This document shows, piece after piece, positions 28,534-36,668 of a stretch of DNA of 64,000 nucleotides. The position numbers were made by a program, and so were the translations under genes. Origin of the DNA: Candidatus Enterousia sp. (GTDB lineage: Bacteria > Pseudomonadota > Alphaproteobacteria > Rs-D84); NCBI GenBank assembly GCA_045114635.1, contig JBGUKY010000022.1, positions 4,680 to 68,679 on the forward strand, read 5' to 3'. The notes under the pieces are model-generated. The model was given only the letters and a program-made list of their open reading frames with translations, searched no databases and was not told the origin of the DNA. Within the stretch, counting starts at the first letter, position 1; every line of letters begins with the position of its first letter.

Positions 28534-28975
28534 TTAAAACCTCCATCTTTTTTAAGATTTCATTTATTGTTTTTACTGTTTCTGCCAACTTATCTTCGTC
28601 TTCTTGCGGCAAAACTTTACACAAAGATTCCAAACCATGCATGAATTTGTCTATCAATTTTTCAGCCAATGCCTTACCTGATTTAGTCACTTCATACCAA
28701 GTATCACGATGATCATCATCATCAACAGAACGAACAACCAATTTATCTTGTTCTAATTTACGAAATACAGCACAAAGATTAGCGGTGGACATTACTTCGC
28801 GATTTGCAAAATCTTTCAATTTGATTTTGCCCGCCATATAAAGACGCACCAAAACAGACATTTGCTGTCTTGTGTTTTTGGAATGTTCTTCTAATAACGG
28901 CTGTAATCTGCTTGAAAGGCGTCCCATAATACGCATATTTTCCGCCATCAAATTCGTCACTTCTGTGTGAGTCAT
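28526..28975 (-). CDS. MarR-family transcriptional regulator
   Basis: Winged-HTH core (QMSVLVRLYMAGKIKLKDFANREVMSTANLCAVFRKLEQDKLVVRSVDDDDHRDTWYEVTKSG). Start set at ATG 28975 (AAGGGG SD) rather than 29008. Confidence 0.8.
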   Translation of the reverse strand: MTHTEVTNLMAENMRIMGRLSSRLQPLLEEHSKNTRQQMSVLVRLYMAGKIKLKDFANREVMSTANLCAVFRKLEQDKLVVRSVDDDDHRDTWYEVTKSGKALAEKLIDKFMHGLESLCKVLPQEDEDKLAETVKTINEILKKMEVLNA

Positions 28976-29064
28976 TAAAAGCCCCTTTATAATTATTAAA
29001 AAGCACAAATTATTAAAAACTCTAATGATTATAATTTTATTGGGAATAAAGTCAAGAGCAAAAT

Positions 29065-29079
29065 ATTAAAAATTTTAAT
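29065..29079. promoter_or_regulatory. palindrome ATTAAAA-A-TTTTAAT upstream of marR (possible operator)
   Basis: 7-bp perfect inverted repeat about 90 bp upstream of the MarR start. AT-only sequence, so a chance occurrence is plausible. Confidence 0.2.
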
Positions 29080-29147
29080 AATTTTTACAAAAACACTAAC
29101 TTTTTTATTGCAAAACAGTATAAACTATATATAATAACCAAAGTCCT

Positions 29148-29221
29148 TGGAGCGTCGTCTAATGGTAGGACAAGAGATTTTGGTTCTCTTTATCATGGTT
29201 CGAATCCGTGCGCTCCAACCA
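29148..29221 (+). tRNA. tRNA-Gln (anticodon UUG), CCA encoded
   Basis: Hand-folded cloverleaf. Acceptor TGGAGCG/CGCTCCA, D stem GTCT/GGAC, anticodon stem AGAGA/TCTCT with loop TTTTGGT, T arm CATGG-TTCGAAT-CCGTG, discriminator A plus CCA. 74 nt. Confidence 0.9.
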
Positions 29222-29229
29222 GAATAAAC

Positions 29230-29256
29230 AAAAACACCCTTTTGGGTGTTTTTATT
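29230..29256 (+). terminator. intrinsic terminator after tRNA-Gln
   Basis: AAAAACACCC-TTTT-GGGTGTTTTT followed by ATTT. Confidence 0.7.
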
Positions 29257-29260
29257 TATT

Positions 29261-29400
29261 CCTGGGCGCACGGATCCGCCAGAGCGAAGCGCATGGCGAA
29301 TACGCAGATGAACAATTAACAACCGCGCAAAAACGGATATTTTTAATAGAGTTTTTGCTCTGCGGTTGGTTATTGTTCATCAAGGTCTCGTGCGCATTCC
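29261..29400. other. GC-rich structured/palindromic element of unknown function (candidate ncRNA, palindromic repeat element or att remnant)
   Basis: By my hand count the first 46 nt are 31/46 G+C, in an otherwise AT-rich intergenic region. A long imperfect hairpin pairs 29307-29334 (GATGAACAATTAACAACCGCGCAAAAAC) with 29351-29381 (GTTTTTGCTCTGCGGTTGGTTATTGTTCATC). A small hairpin CGCCA-N12-TGGCG lies at 29277-29298. An outer pairing joins GCGCACG (29266-29272) and CGTGCGC (29389-29395). Confidence 0.5.
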
Positions 29401-29459
29401 AGAAGTTTTTATGGCCGGTTTAATTTTTGCTTTTGTTCGTTTTTTCAGGTATAATAGGA

Positions 29460-30323
29460 ATGAAAAACGATATGGTAAAAAGAGCATTATTTTTATTCGC
29501 TTTGATTATATCTGGCACAGCTGTGGCAGAAAGTTTTTTATCTGCACAACAATTCCCAAAAACTTTTGATGATTTGGGATTTGCAGAAAAGCAAGAATTC
29601 AAAGCCGAAGATTATGCTTTGTTTGCTGATTTAAGTGCTTATGATCAATTAAACATTGTTTATACCGATCAAGAAATTGCTGACGAAATCGCAATTCATG
29701 AAATGGAACAACAAACGAACCCGACTGGTTCTACAACCGTAACAAGCCCTGGTTCATATTGCAAAGCCAATCACCCTTCTATCAAGGCAGGACAAACACT
29801 TCCTGTTGGGAAACCTGTTCTTGAATCAGATTACACATATTGTTCCGGATACGGACAAAGAAACTTTGGCACAAAAGATCAACCAAAATATGACAACCAT
29901 TATGGCTTTGATATCGGCTGCACAGAAAAGCACTATGATAAACCAGTATTCGCTACTGCCGACGGTGTTGTAGAAGCGGTAAAAACAAATCATCGTGGAA
30001 GTTCCGCTGGAAATTATATTCGCATAAATCATGGAAATGGTTTTACAACATATTATATGCACCTTAATCAAATACATGTAAAACAAGGGCAAAAAGTTTC
30101 GGCTGGTTGTCAAATTGGAACCATTGGAAATACTGGTGGTGCAAAGGCATTTAAAAACACACTCCAAGAAGATTATCCAACAATGCGCAAAAGCATTTCA
30201 CACCTGCATTATGAAATGCATTACAGCGGCAAAGAAAGTTCTGTATCCGGCATAAAAATCAAACATGGTTTTTCGAACAGCAAATCTATAGATCCAGCTT
30301 ATTTTATGGGGACAAAAAAATGA
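29460..30323 (+). CDS. secreted M23-family metallopeptidase
   Basis: Signal peptide (KRALFLFALIISGTAVA). M23 motifs HYGFD (HxxxD) and HLHYEMH (HxH), with NTGG between them. The exact start is uncertain (ATG 29460 or 29472; the track TTG at 29427 is unlikely). Confidence 0.85.
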   Translation: MKNDMVKRALFLFALIISGTAVAESFLSAQQFPKTFDDLGFAEKQEFKAEDYALFADLSAYDQLNIVYTDQEIADEIAIHEMEQQTNPTGSTTVTSPGSYCKANHPSIKAGQTLPVGKPVLESDYTYCSGYGQRNFGTKDQPKYDNHYGFDIGCTEKHYDKPVFATADGVVEAVKTNHRGSSAGNYIRINHGNGFTTYYMHLNQIHVKQGQKVSAGCQIGTIGNTGGAKAFKNTLQEDYPTMRKSISHLHYEMHYSGKESSVSGIKIKHGFSNSKSIDPAYFMGTKK

Positions 30324-30853
30324 ATATAAATATGGATGACATTTTTGAATTCTATGAATTGCGCATAAAGTGCCATGTGACATCTATGAATTATTTTGCA
30401 TCGTTGTTTGGCTATCATTTTCCAGAACATGATTCTGACAAAGTCCGCGAACCAATACGCACAGGATATGCATATATATTTTATAAAACATATCACAAAA
30501 ACTTTCACGTAACACCAGAACACGAAGCATTATGTAAAGATGCCATAAAACTTCATCATGGTTATGCAATGCATCACATTCAACATTACAAAAGCGCCAA
30601 AGATATTCCAGATATACATTTGTATGAAATGATATCTGATTGGGCATCTGCCAATTTTGAACAAATGAATATTATTCACGACCCGGAATCCGTTTCTTTA
30701 CAAGAATGGTTTGATAATAAAATGGCAGACCAGGAATGGACACAACATCAACTGGACATAATTGAAAAATCGTTTGATATAATAAATAAAAACACCGACG
30801 TCAAAACTATTACAGAGATTTGGCAACCAATACTTGAAAATTCAGATTTATAA
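30320..30853 (+). CDS. His-rich HD-motif protein resembling the DUF5662 family
   Basis: 177 aa. PEHDSDK ... HVTPEHE ... KLHHGYAMHHIQHY ... LYEMISDWASA follows the HD-x-SK ... HH ... EM-x-x-DW order I recall for DUF5662. ATGA overlap with the M23 gene. Confidence 0.6.
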   Translation: MNINMDDIFEFYELRIKCHVTSMNYFASLFGYHFPEHDSDKVREPIRTGYAYIFYKTYHKNFHVTPEHEALCKDAIKLHHGYAMHHIQHYKSAKDIPDIHLYEMISDWASANFEQMNIIHDPESVSLQEWFDNKMADQEWTQHQLDIIEKSFDIINKNTDVKTITEIWQPILENSDL

Positions 30854-30873
30854 GATTAAAATCAATTCTAATT

Positions 30874-30948
30874 GGTCCCATCGTCTAGCGGTCAGGACAT
30901 CGGATTCTCATTCCGGTAACACGGGTTCGATTCCCGTTGGGACTGCCA
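30874..30948 (+). tRNA. tRNA-Glu (anticodon CUC), CCA encoded
   Basis: Hand-folded. Acceptor GGTCCCA/TGGGACT (G1-U72), D stem GTCT/GGAC, anticodon stem TCGGA/TCCGG with loop TTCTCAT, T arm ACGGG-TTCGATT-CCCGT, discriminator G plus CCA. 75 nt. Confidence 0.9.
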
Positions 30949-30953
30949 AAATT

Positions 30954-30984
30954 AAAAACACCGGCATTTACCGGTGTTTTTTAT
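30954..30984. terminator. bidirectional intrinsic terminator (tRNA-Glu / nucleoside phosphorylase)
   Basis: AAAAACACCGG-CATTTA-CCGGTGTTTTT. Confidence 0.8.
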
Positions 30985-31745
30985 TTACTTATAAAATCAG
31001 CAAGTTCTAAAGCGATTTCAAAATGTTGGGCATCGTGTTGCGTTCCAATGTCAGAGTCACCCAAAGCATGACGTTCATCCCATTCAGGCGCATCAAGTAA
31101 ATCACCACTTGTAAAAAACACATACAATTCAAGCCCTCGAAAATCGCACATTGCCTGAACCCCTGCGCTTTCCATTTCAACACTTATACATCCTGCCGCC
31201 TTACGTTTTTCAAAATTACCGCGTGTTTCACGATAGAAAGAATCTGTTGTCCAAGTTTTTCCACGAACAAATGGTAATTTGTTTTGTTCCATAAATTCAC
31301 ATACTTTTTCACAATTAGGAACTTCAACCCAATCACTTGCCGGCATATAATGATAAGAAGTTCCTTCATCTCTCCAAGCAGCATCTGGAACCATTATTTT
31401 ACCACGAGCAATTTCTTTGTTTAAACAACCGGCACCACCAAAAAGAACATATTTCTTGGTATTAATTTCACCTAAAGCTTCTTCAATAGAACCGACACAC
31501 GCTGGTGCACCAACATAAGTTTTGAATAAAGCGAACTTTTTACCATTTCTTTCAATCAGCCATATTGGTGTGACACCTGTGACAAAATGAAGTTCACCAA
31601 TTTTTGTCGGATTAAAATGAGACAATACGTATTCTTCTATTTTATGCGAGAATGTAACAATACAGGCATCAACAACCACAGCATTTTTGTTTTCTGGTGG
31701 ATTTATAATTGCAGTGGTCACATTATCAAAAGTATCTGTTATCAT
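30981..31745 (-). CDS. nucleoside phosphorylase, PNP/UDP family 1 (uridine/purine nucleoside phosphorylase-like)
   Basis: 254 aa. LFGGAGCL and ISVEMESAGV motifs are typical of the DeoD/Udp fold. Confidence 0.8.
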   Translation of the reverse strand: MITDTFDNVTTAIINPPENKNAVVVDACIVTFSHKIEEYVLSHFNPTKIGELHFVTGVTPIWLIERNGKKFALFKTYVGAPACVGSIEEALGEINTKKYVLFGGAGCLNKEIARGKIMVPDAAWRDEGTSYHYMPASDWVEVPNCEKVCEFMEQNKLPFVRGKTWTTDSFYRETRGNFEKRKAAGCISVEMESAGVQAMCDFRGLELYVFFTSGDLLDAPEWDERHALGDSDIGTQHDAQHFEIALELADFISK

Positions 31746-31789
31746 GTTATATCCTTTTTATAAAATATATTATATCATAAAACACACAA

Positions 31790-31817
31790 AAAAACACCGG
31801 TATTCACCGGTGTTTTT
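31790..31817 (-). terminator. intrinsic terminator after the MerR-family gene
   Basis: AAAAACACCGG-TATTCA-CCGGTGTTTTT. Same hairpin family as the one at 30954. Confidence 0.75.
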
Positions 31818-31832
31818 GTAATTTTTTATATT

Positions 31833-32219
31833 TTAATCAAGAAACATTTTGGCCTGTTTCAAAAGATTTATCGCGATATCTATATCATCATTATTTATGT
31901 TTTTTACAGACGCCGTTTTTAGTGGTTTTATGCCGGCATTTACCGGTGTTTTTGTATTATTTACTTCGGCATCAAAAGTGCCATTATGTAAAACCTTTTT
32001 TACACCGGCAATTGTCATACCCTTATCATAAAGTAATGATTTTATCGCACGCAATTTTTCAATTGTTTCACGTCTGTAATAACGACGATTGCCAGCACCG
32101 GTTACAGGACGCACAGCGCCCGCAAATTGTTTTTCCCAATAACGCAAAGTATGCGCAGGCACATCCAATTCTTTGGCGACTTCATTTATCGGAACAAAAA
32201 ATTCGTTTTTGTTTTCCAT
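31833..32219 (-). CDS. MerR-family transcriptional regulator
   Basis: N-terminal HTH (VPINEVAKELDVPAHTLRYWEKQF...RRYYRRETIEKLRAIKSLLYDKGMTIAGVKKVL) followed by a non-conserved tail. Confidence 0.8.
   Translation of the reverse strand: MENKNEFFVPINEVAKELDVPAHTLRYWEKQFAGAVRPVTGAGNRRYYRRETIEKLRAIKSLLYDKGMTIAGVKKVLHNGTFDAEVNNTKTPVNAGIKPLKTASVKNINNDDIDIAINLLKQAKMFLD
31933..31966. repeat. copy of the terminator-flank sequence from 30961-30990, embedded in the MerR-family coding region
   Basis: The 21-nt sequence CCGGCATTTACCGGTGTTTTT is identical at 30961-30981 and 31933-31953. Both copies are followed within a few nt by ATTTACTT. ACCGGTGTTTTTGTA is also shared with the terminator at 31806-31820. 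Confidence 0.7.
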
Positions 32220-32235
32220 GTGCCTGCGTGTTTTT

Positions 32236-35004
32236 TTATTCTGTTACTTCGTTATCAACAACTGTTTCCGGCGTTGTCACGGTTTCTTCGATGATTTCAT
32301 CATCATTTTCTTCTTCGTGGTCAATCGCGATTGCAGATACAACCTTTTCACCTTCGGCTGTACGGAACAATGTAACACCTGCGGTTGAACGGCCAGCGAT
32401 ACGAACGTCACGTGCAGGCGTTCTGATAATCTTGCCACCGTTTGTAACCATCATAATATCTTGATCATCGTGTATTGGGAACGAACCAGCAACTGCTGTA
32501 TTTTTACCGCCCAATTTGATATTGGTAAATCCATTACCGCCACGATGTGTTAAACGATATTCATAAGATGATGTACGTTTTCCAAATCCATTTTCAGAAA
32601 TTGTTAAAATGAATTCTTCGCTCAGTGCCATCTTTGCCATTTGTTCATCACTTAATACCAATGTTGTATTTTCTTCTTCGGCGTCTGCTTCTTCTTCGAT
32701 ACCCGTTTGTGCACGACGCAAAGCGCGACTTTGCTTTACATACGCAGCACGAACCACAGAATCAGATTCACCATGATTCAACATTGCCATACCAATGATA
32801 TAATCACCTTTTTGTAATGACAATCCGCGAACACCAGTTGAATTACGTCCTGCGAATATACGAATTTCAGGAACAGCAAATCTTATGCAACGGCCACGAT
32901 ATGTAGAAAGGAACACATCTTGATCTTCGGTGCAAGGAAGCACTGAAATCAATGAATCGCCTTCATCCAATTTCATTGCAATTTTACCGTTTGAACGAAT
33001 TGAATCAAAATCAGACATACGGTTACGGCGAACTGTACCAGATGCTGTTGCGAACATAAGGAAATGTTCTTTACCAGATTCTGCAACGCGTTGTACTTCT
33101 TCTTCTGGAACTGGCAAGATTGCAGTTATCGTTTCACCTTCGGTCAATGGCAATAAATTAACCAATGGACGTCCCTTGCCTGCGGCAGATGCTTCTGGCA
33201 ATTTATATGTCTTTAATTTATAGCACAATCCCTTTGAAGAGAAGAATAACAATGGTGTATGAGTATTTGCAACAAACACATCAACAACATAATCGTCATC
33301 TTTGGTTGTCATTGCGTTACGTCCCTTGCCACCACGTTTTTGTGCGCGATATGTATCCAAGCTTACACGTTTGATATATCCAGTATTAGAAACAGTTACA
33401 ACCATATCTTCGCGGGCAATCAAATCTTCGATATCAATATCGATTTCAGCATCAGATATTTCGCTGCGTCTTGGTTGTGACCAGTTATCACGAACAGCTG
33501 TTGTTTCTTCACGAATAATTTGAACAATACGTTCATGGCTGCTTAAAATCGCCAATAAATCTTTGATTGTCGCACCAAGTTCTGTCAAATCATTATGTAT
33601 CTTATCACGTTCCAAACCAGTCAATCTGTGCAACTGCAATTCAAGAATTGCTTTTGCTTGATCTTCACTCATATAGAACATGCCATCTTTGTATTCTGTG
33701 TTTGGATCATCAATCAAATTGATATAACTTTCGATATCAGATGCAGCCCAACCACGTGAAAGCAACGCAGTCTTTGCATCATCTGGGTTTGCAGATTCTT
33801 TAATCAATTTGATAACTTCGTCCAAATTGCCACAAGCCACAGACAAACCAAGCAATGTATGTGCACGATTGCGGGCCTTGTTCAAATCAAATATAGTTCT
33901 GCGTCTGATAACTTCTTCACGGAATTCAATAAATGCATCTAATACTGTGCGAACAGTGAATAACATCGGACGGCCACGATTTAATGCCATCATATTCACT
34001 GGGAAATTAGATTGCATTTCTGTATCTTGGAACAAGTGATTCAAGACAACCTCTGGCATTGTGTCGCGTTTCAATTCGATTACAACACGCAAACCTTCCT
34101 TGGAAGATTCATCACGAATATCGGTAATACCTTCGATTTTTTTGTCTTTGACCAATTCAGCAATCTTGATGATAAGTTGTGATTTATTAACCTGATAAGG
34201 TAATTCATCAACAATTATCGCCTGATGATCATGAACTGTTTCAAAATGGGTTTTTGAACGAACGATTATCGAACCGCGTCCTGTTGTGTGCGCTTTGTAA
34301 GCACCCGCATGTCCCATAATAATTCCACCAGTTGGAAAATCTGGTCCAGGTATAATTCCAAACAATTCATCATCGCTAATATTTTTATTATCCAAAATTG
34401 CCAAAATACCGTTGCAAACTTCGCCCAAATTATATGTTGGAACATTTGTTGCCATACCCACAGCAATACCAGATCCACCATTTACCAAAAAGTTAGGGAA
34501 CTTGGTTGGCAAAACAATCGGTTCTTGCAATGTACCGTCAAAGTTTGGTTGCCAATCAACAGTATCTTTATCCAAATCTTCCATCAATGATGCACCAAGT
34601 TTAGAAAGGCGTGCTTCGGTATAACGCATAGCAGCAGGTTTATCACCGTCACGTGAACCAAAGTTACCTTGACCCTGAACCAACATTTCGCCCATAGAAA
34701 AGTCTTGGGCCATACGTGCCATTGCTTCATAAATAGAAGAGTCACCATGTGGGTGATAACGTCCCATCACGTCACCAACGATACGCGCAGATTTCACAGT
34801 TGCTTTTGTTGCAGGCGCAACTTCGTTCATAACATACAAGATACGACGATGCACAGGTTTACAACCATCCCTTACGTCAGGCAATGCACGGTCTACAATA
34901 ACAGACATCGCGTAATCAAGGAACGATGTTCGCATTTCATGTTCGATAGGTGAAGTAGGAACTTTTACTTCATTAATTTCATTTGTTTCAATTATATCAG
35001 ACAT
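32236..35004 (-). CDS. gyrA: DNA gyrase subunit A
   Basis: 922 aa. [18 protein letters not shown], the QRDR-type [19 protein letters not shown], the catalytic [10 protein letters not shown], and C-terminal beta-pinwheel repeats with an acidic tail. Confidence 0.95.
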   Translation of the reverse strand: MSDIIETNEINEVKVPTSPIEHEMRTSFLDYAMSVIVDRALPDVRDGCKPVHRRILYVMNEVAPATKATVKSARIVGDVMGRYHPHGDSSIYEAMARMAQDFSMGEMLVQGQGNFGSRDGDKPAAMRYTEARLSKLGASLMEDLDKDTVDWQPNFDGTLQEPIVLPTKFPNFLVNGGSGIAVGMATNVPTYNLGEVCNGILAILDNKNISDDELFGIIPGPDFPTGGIIMGHAGAYKAHTTGRGSIIVRSKTHFETVHDHQAIIVDELPYQVNKSQLIIKIAELVKDKKIEGITDIRDESSKEGLRVVIELKRDTMPEVVLNHLFQDTEMQSNFPVNMMALNRGRPMLFTVRTVLDAFIEFREEVIRRRTIFDLNKARNRAHTLLGLSVACGNLDEVIKLIKESANPDDAKTALLSRGWAASDIESYINLIDDPNTEYKDGMFYMSEDQAKAILELQLHRLTGLERDKIHNDLTELGATIKDLLAILSSHERIVQIIREETTAVRDNWSQPRRSEISDAEIDIDIEDLIAREDMVVTVSNTGYIKRVSLDTYRAQKRGGKGRNAMTTKDDDYVVDVFVANTHTPLLFFSSKGLCYKLKTYKLPEASAAGKGRPLVNLLPLTEGETITAILPVPEEEVQRVAESGKEHFLMFATASGTVRRNRMSDFDSIRSNGKIAMKLDEGDSLISVLPCTEDQDVFLSTYRGRCIRFAVPEIRIFAGRNSTGVRGLSLQKGDYIIGMAMLNHGESDSVVRAAYVKQSRALRRAQTGIEEEADAEEENTTLVLSDEQMAKMALSEEFILTISENGFGKRTSSYEYRLTHRGGNGFTNIKLGGKNTAVAGSFPIHDDQDIMMVTNGGKIIRTPARDVRIAGRSTAGVTLFRTAEGEKVVSAIAIDHEEENDDEIIEETVTTPETVVDNEVTE

Positions 35005-35110
35005 ACTTGTTTTCCCCTATTTTTTGCTAAATAAAACATAGCAAAAAAATAGCGTTTCGGTCAAGAAATAAAGCACAAAAACAGCAAAAAAATTCACTCT
35101 ATTATATTGC

Positions 35111-35138
35111 TTGACAAAACCTGTTTGTGTATTAAAAT
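35111..35138 (+). promoter_or_regulatory. sigma70-like promoter for the small ORF/rpmH unit
   Basis: TTGACA (35111-35116), 16-nt spacer, TAAAAT (35133-35138). Confidence 0.4.
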
Positions 35139-35167
35139 AAAGTGTGTGAATAACAAGGAAAACAAAA

Positions 35168-35278
35168 ATGAAAACAAGCGGTGTATTTTTACCTTTTTGG
35201 AAATTAATGGGCCTTATTTTCGTTTATTATTTGTTTGTTGAAGGCCTTAAACAGCTTGGTTTGGTAAAAACTAAATAA
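35168..35278 (+). CDS. possible small hydrophobic protein (36 aa)
   Basis: ATG preceded by AAGGAA. Encodes MKTSGVFLPFWKLMGLIFVYYLFVEGLKQLGLVKTK, downstream of a sigma70-like promoter and upstream of rpmH. No homology evidence is available. Confidence 0.25.
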   Translation: MKTSGVFLPFWKLMGLIFVYYLFVEGLKQLGLVKTK

Positions 35279-35337
35279 AATAGTTGAAATTCAAAAAAAC
35301 TTATGATTAAATAAGACGCAGTCAAAAGGATAAAACA

Positions 35338-35490
35338 ATGGCAACAAAAAGAACATATCAACCATCTAAAACACGTCGTGTAAAAACACACGGATTTCGT
35401 GAAAAAATGGCAACTAAAAGCGGACGCGATGTTTTGAACCGCCGTCGTGCATGTGGCCGCAAACGTTTGGCCGTATCCGCCGTTAACTAA
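35338..35490 (+). CDS. rpmH: 50S ribosomal protein L34
   Basis: Not in the ORF track because it is under 60 aa. My translation is [50 protein letters not shown], a canonical L34. SD-like AAAGGA upstream and an intrinsic terminator downstream. Confidence 0.9.
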   Translation: MATKRTYQPSKTRRVKTHGFREKMATKSGRDVLNRRRACGRKRLAVSAVN

Positions 35491-35511
35491 AATGGTGGTT
35501 AAAACGAAATT

Positions 35512-35540
35512 AAAAATCGCCAATCGGCGATTTTTTTATT
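35512..35540. terminator. bidirectional intrinsic terminator (rpmH / TM2 gene)
   Basis: AAATCGCC-AATC-GGCGATTT followed by a T run. Confidence 0.8.
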
Positions 35541-35845
35541 TATTTTTTTACAAATATATTTTCTGGTTTACCTAAATTACATACGGCATAAACTAAATCT
35601 ATTATCCACCAAATACCAGTAATAAAAATTCCATACAGCGTGCAAGTCAAAATCAACATCACAACACCAGAAGCTGTTTTTCCCGCATAAAAACGATGGG
35701 CGCCAATTAAACCGAAAAACCACAACAACAATAAATATACAACTGTTGATTTTGTTAAATCATATTCAACATAACCACATTTTGGACAAGCTTTTGCTTT
35801 ATCAGAATGACGTGCACCACATTCACGACAATAAATCATAGCCAT
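35540..35845 (-). CDS. TM2-domain membrane protein with N-terminal zinc ribbon
   Basis: CRECGARHSDKAKACPKCG zinc ribbon followed by a TM2-type segment (LLLLWFFGLIGAHRFYAGK). Confidence 0.8.
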   Translation of the reverse strand: MAMIYCRECGARHSDKAKACPKCGYVEYDLTKSTVVYLLLLWFFGLIGAHRFYAGKTASGVVMLILTCTLYGIFITGIWWIIDLVYAVCNLGKPENIFVKK

Positions 35846-35912
35846 AATTACCCCTTTTGATTACACAAAGGAATGATATCATAAATTACAAAAAAACAAC
35901 ATTAAATAAATT

Positions 35913-36641
35913 TTATTGTTTATCCCAATGACACACTATTTTTGCATGTTCGATTTCATCGGTCATAATTTTGTGACGTGTAACATTACCATCAAAGGCA
36001 ACTTCGATACGCACAGTTGGAGTATTTGGATTTATCTCGTGTTCAAAATACACATCTATGCCGCGCAATTTGTGTTCGTTACGATATTCAAAACCGACAC
36101 TTTCTGTTGCCCATACTGTATAAACAGCATTATTAATATGTTGATTAACATCAATATCATCAAAACGACATGCCATAACATGCGATTTAGTTGGGATAAA
36201 GTCAGGACATTTATCAAAATCACGATCCCAAACACGTTCATCAATACCATTCCAATCTGGGATATATTCACTTATACGCACAGGACGACGCGTTTCAAGA
36301 TTTATCAAAACCCATTGTGATATTGCACGAATTTTTAAATTACCATGTTCATCACGAATTTCAAAATCACGTTCGCTGCGAACACCACCAGGAACAGTTG
36401 GCCATGTTGTATATGTTAATTTTTCTTTTGCACGTGGCATATCGATAATATCAACAAACATATGTGTCACAACCCATGCAACATTATGCGCAAAACAATA
36501 TTCACGCCCCGCCCCCAAAAGATCAGCATGTTTTCCCGCCAATCCTTGCAATTCATTCATTAACATGATTGGGCGCATTAAACCGTATCTGTCACATTGA
36601 TACGATTTTAATATGTGTTCTTCAATCAGTTTTGTTGCCAT
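35913..36641 (-). CDS. acyl-ACP thioesterase family protein (FatA/B-like hot-dog fold)
   Basis: 242 aa. Double hot-dog layout with DIDVNQHINNAVY, typical of the acyl-ACP thioesterase family. Confidence 0.75.
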   Translation of the reverse strand: MATKLIEEHILKSYQCDRYGLMRPIMLMNELQGLAGKHADLLGAGREYCFAHNVAWVVTHMFVDIIDMPRAKEKLTYTTWPTVPGGVRSERDFEIRDEHGNLKIRAISQWVLINLETRRPVRISEYIPDWNGIDERVWDRDFDKCPDFIPTKSHVMACRFDDIDVNQHINNAVYTVWATESVGFEYRNEHKLRGIDVYFEHEINPNTPTVRIEVAFDGNVTRHKIMTDEIEHAKIVCHWDKQ

Positions 36642-36668
36642 GGTTATCTCTCCTGATATTATGGGTAA

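Noticed and set aside
29261-29400. Identification of the structured GC-rich element as SRP (4.5S) RNA, 6S RNA, tmRNA, RNase P RNA or a retron msr-msd
   Set aside because: I found no GGAA-tetraloop/AGCAGG SRP domain IV motif, no tRNA-like tmRNA end and no RNase P P4 sequence. The element is too short for 6S, and there is no adjacent reverse transcriptase for a retron. It is kept as an unknown element only.
29125-29602. ORFs 29125..29322(-), 29208..29423(+), 29366..29569(+) and 29420..29602(-)
   Set aside because: They overlap tRNA-Gln, its terminator and the GC-rich structured element, or run antisense or out of frame to the M23 peptidase gene. None has translation signals.
31922-32464. 180-aa plus-strand ORF
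   Set aside because: It spans the MerR-family gene and the gyrA 3' end in antisense, and no family is recognisable.
35227-35523. 98-aa minus-strand ORF in the ORF track
   Set aside because: It lies antisense to a canonical L34 (rpmH) gene at 35338..35490 that has an SD and a terminator. Its product is hydrophobic nonsense.
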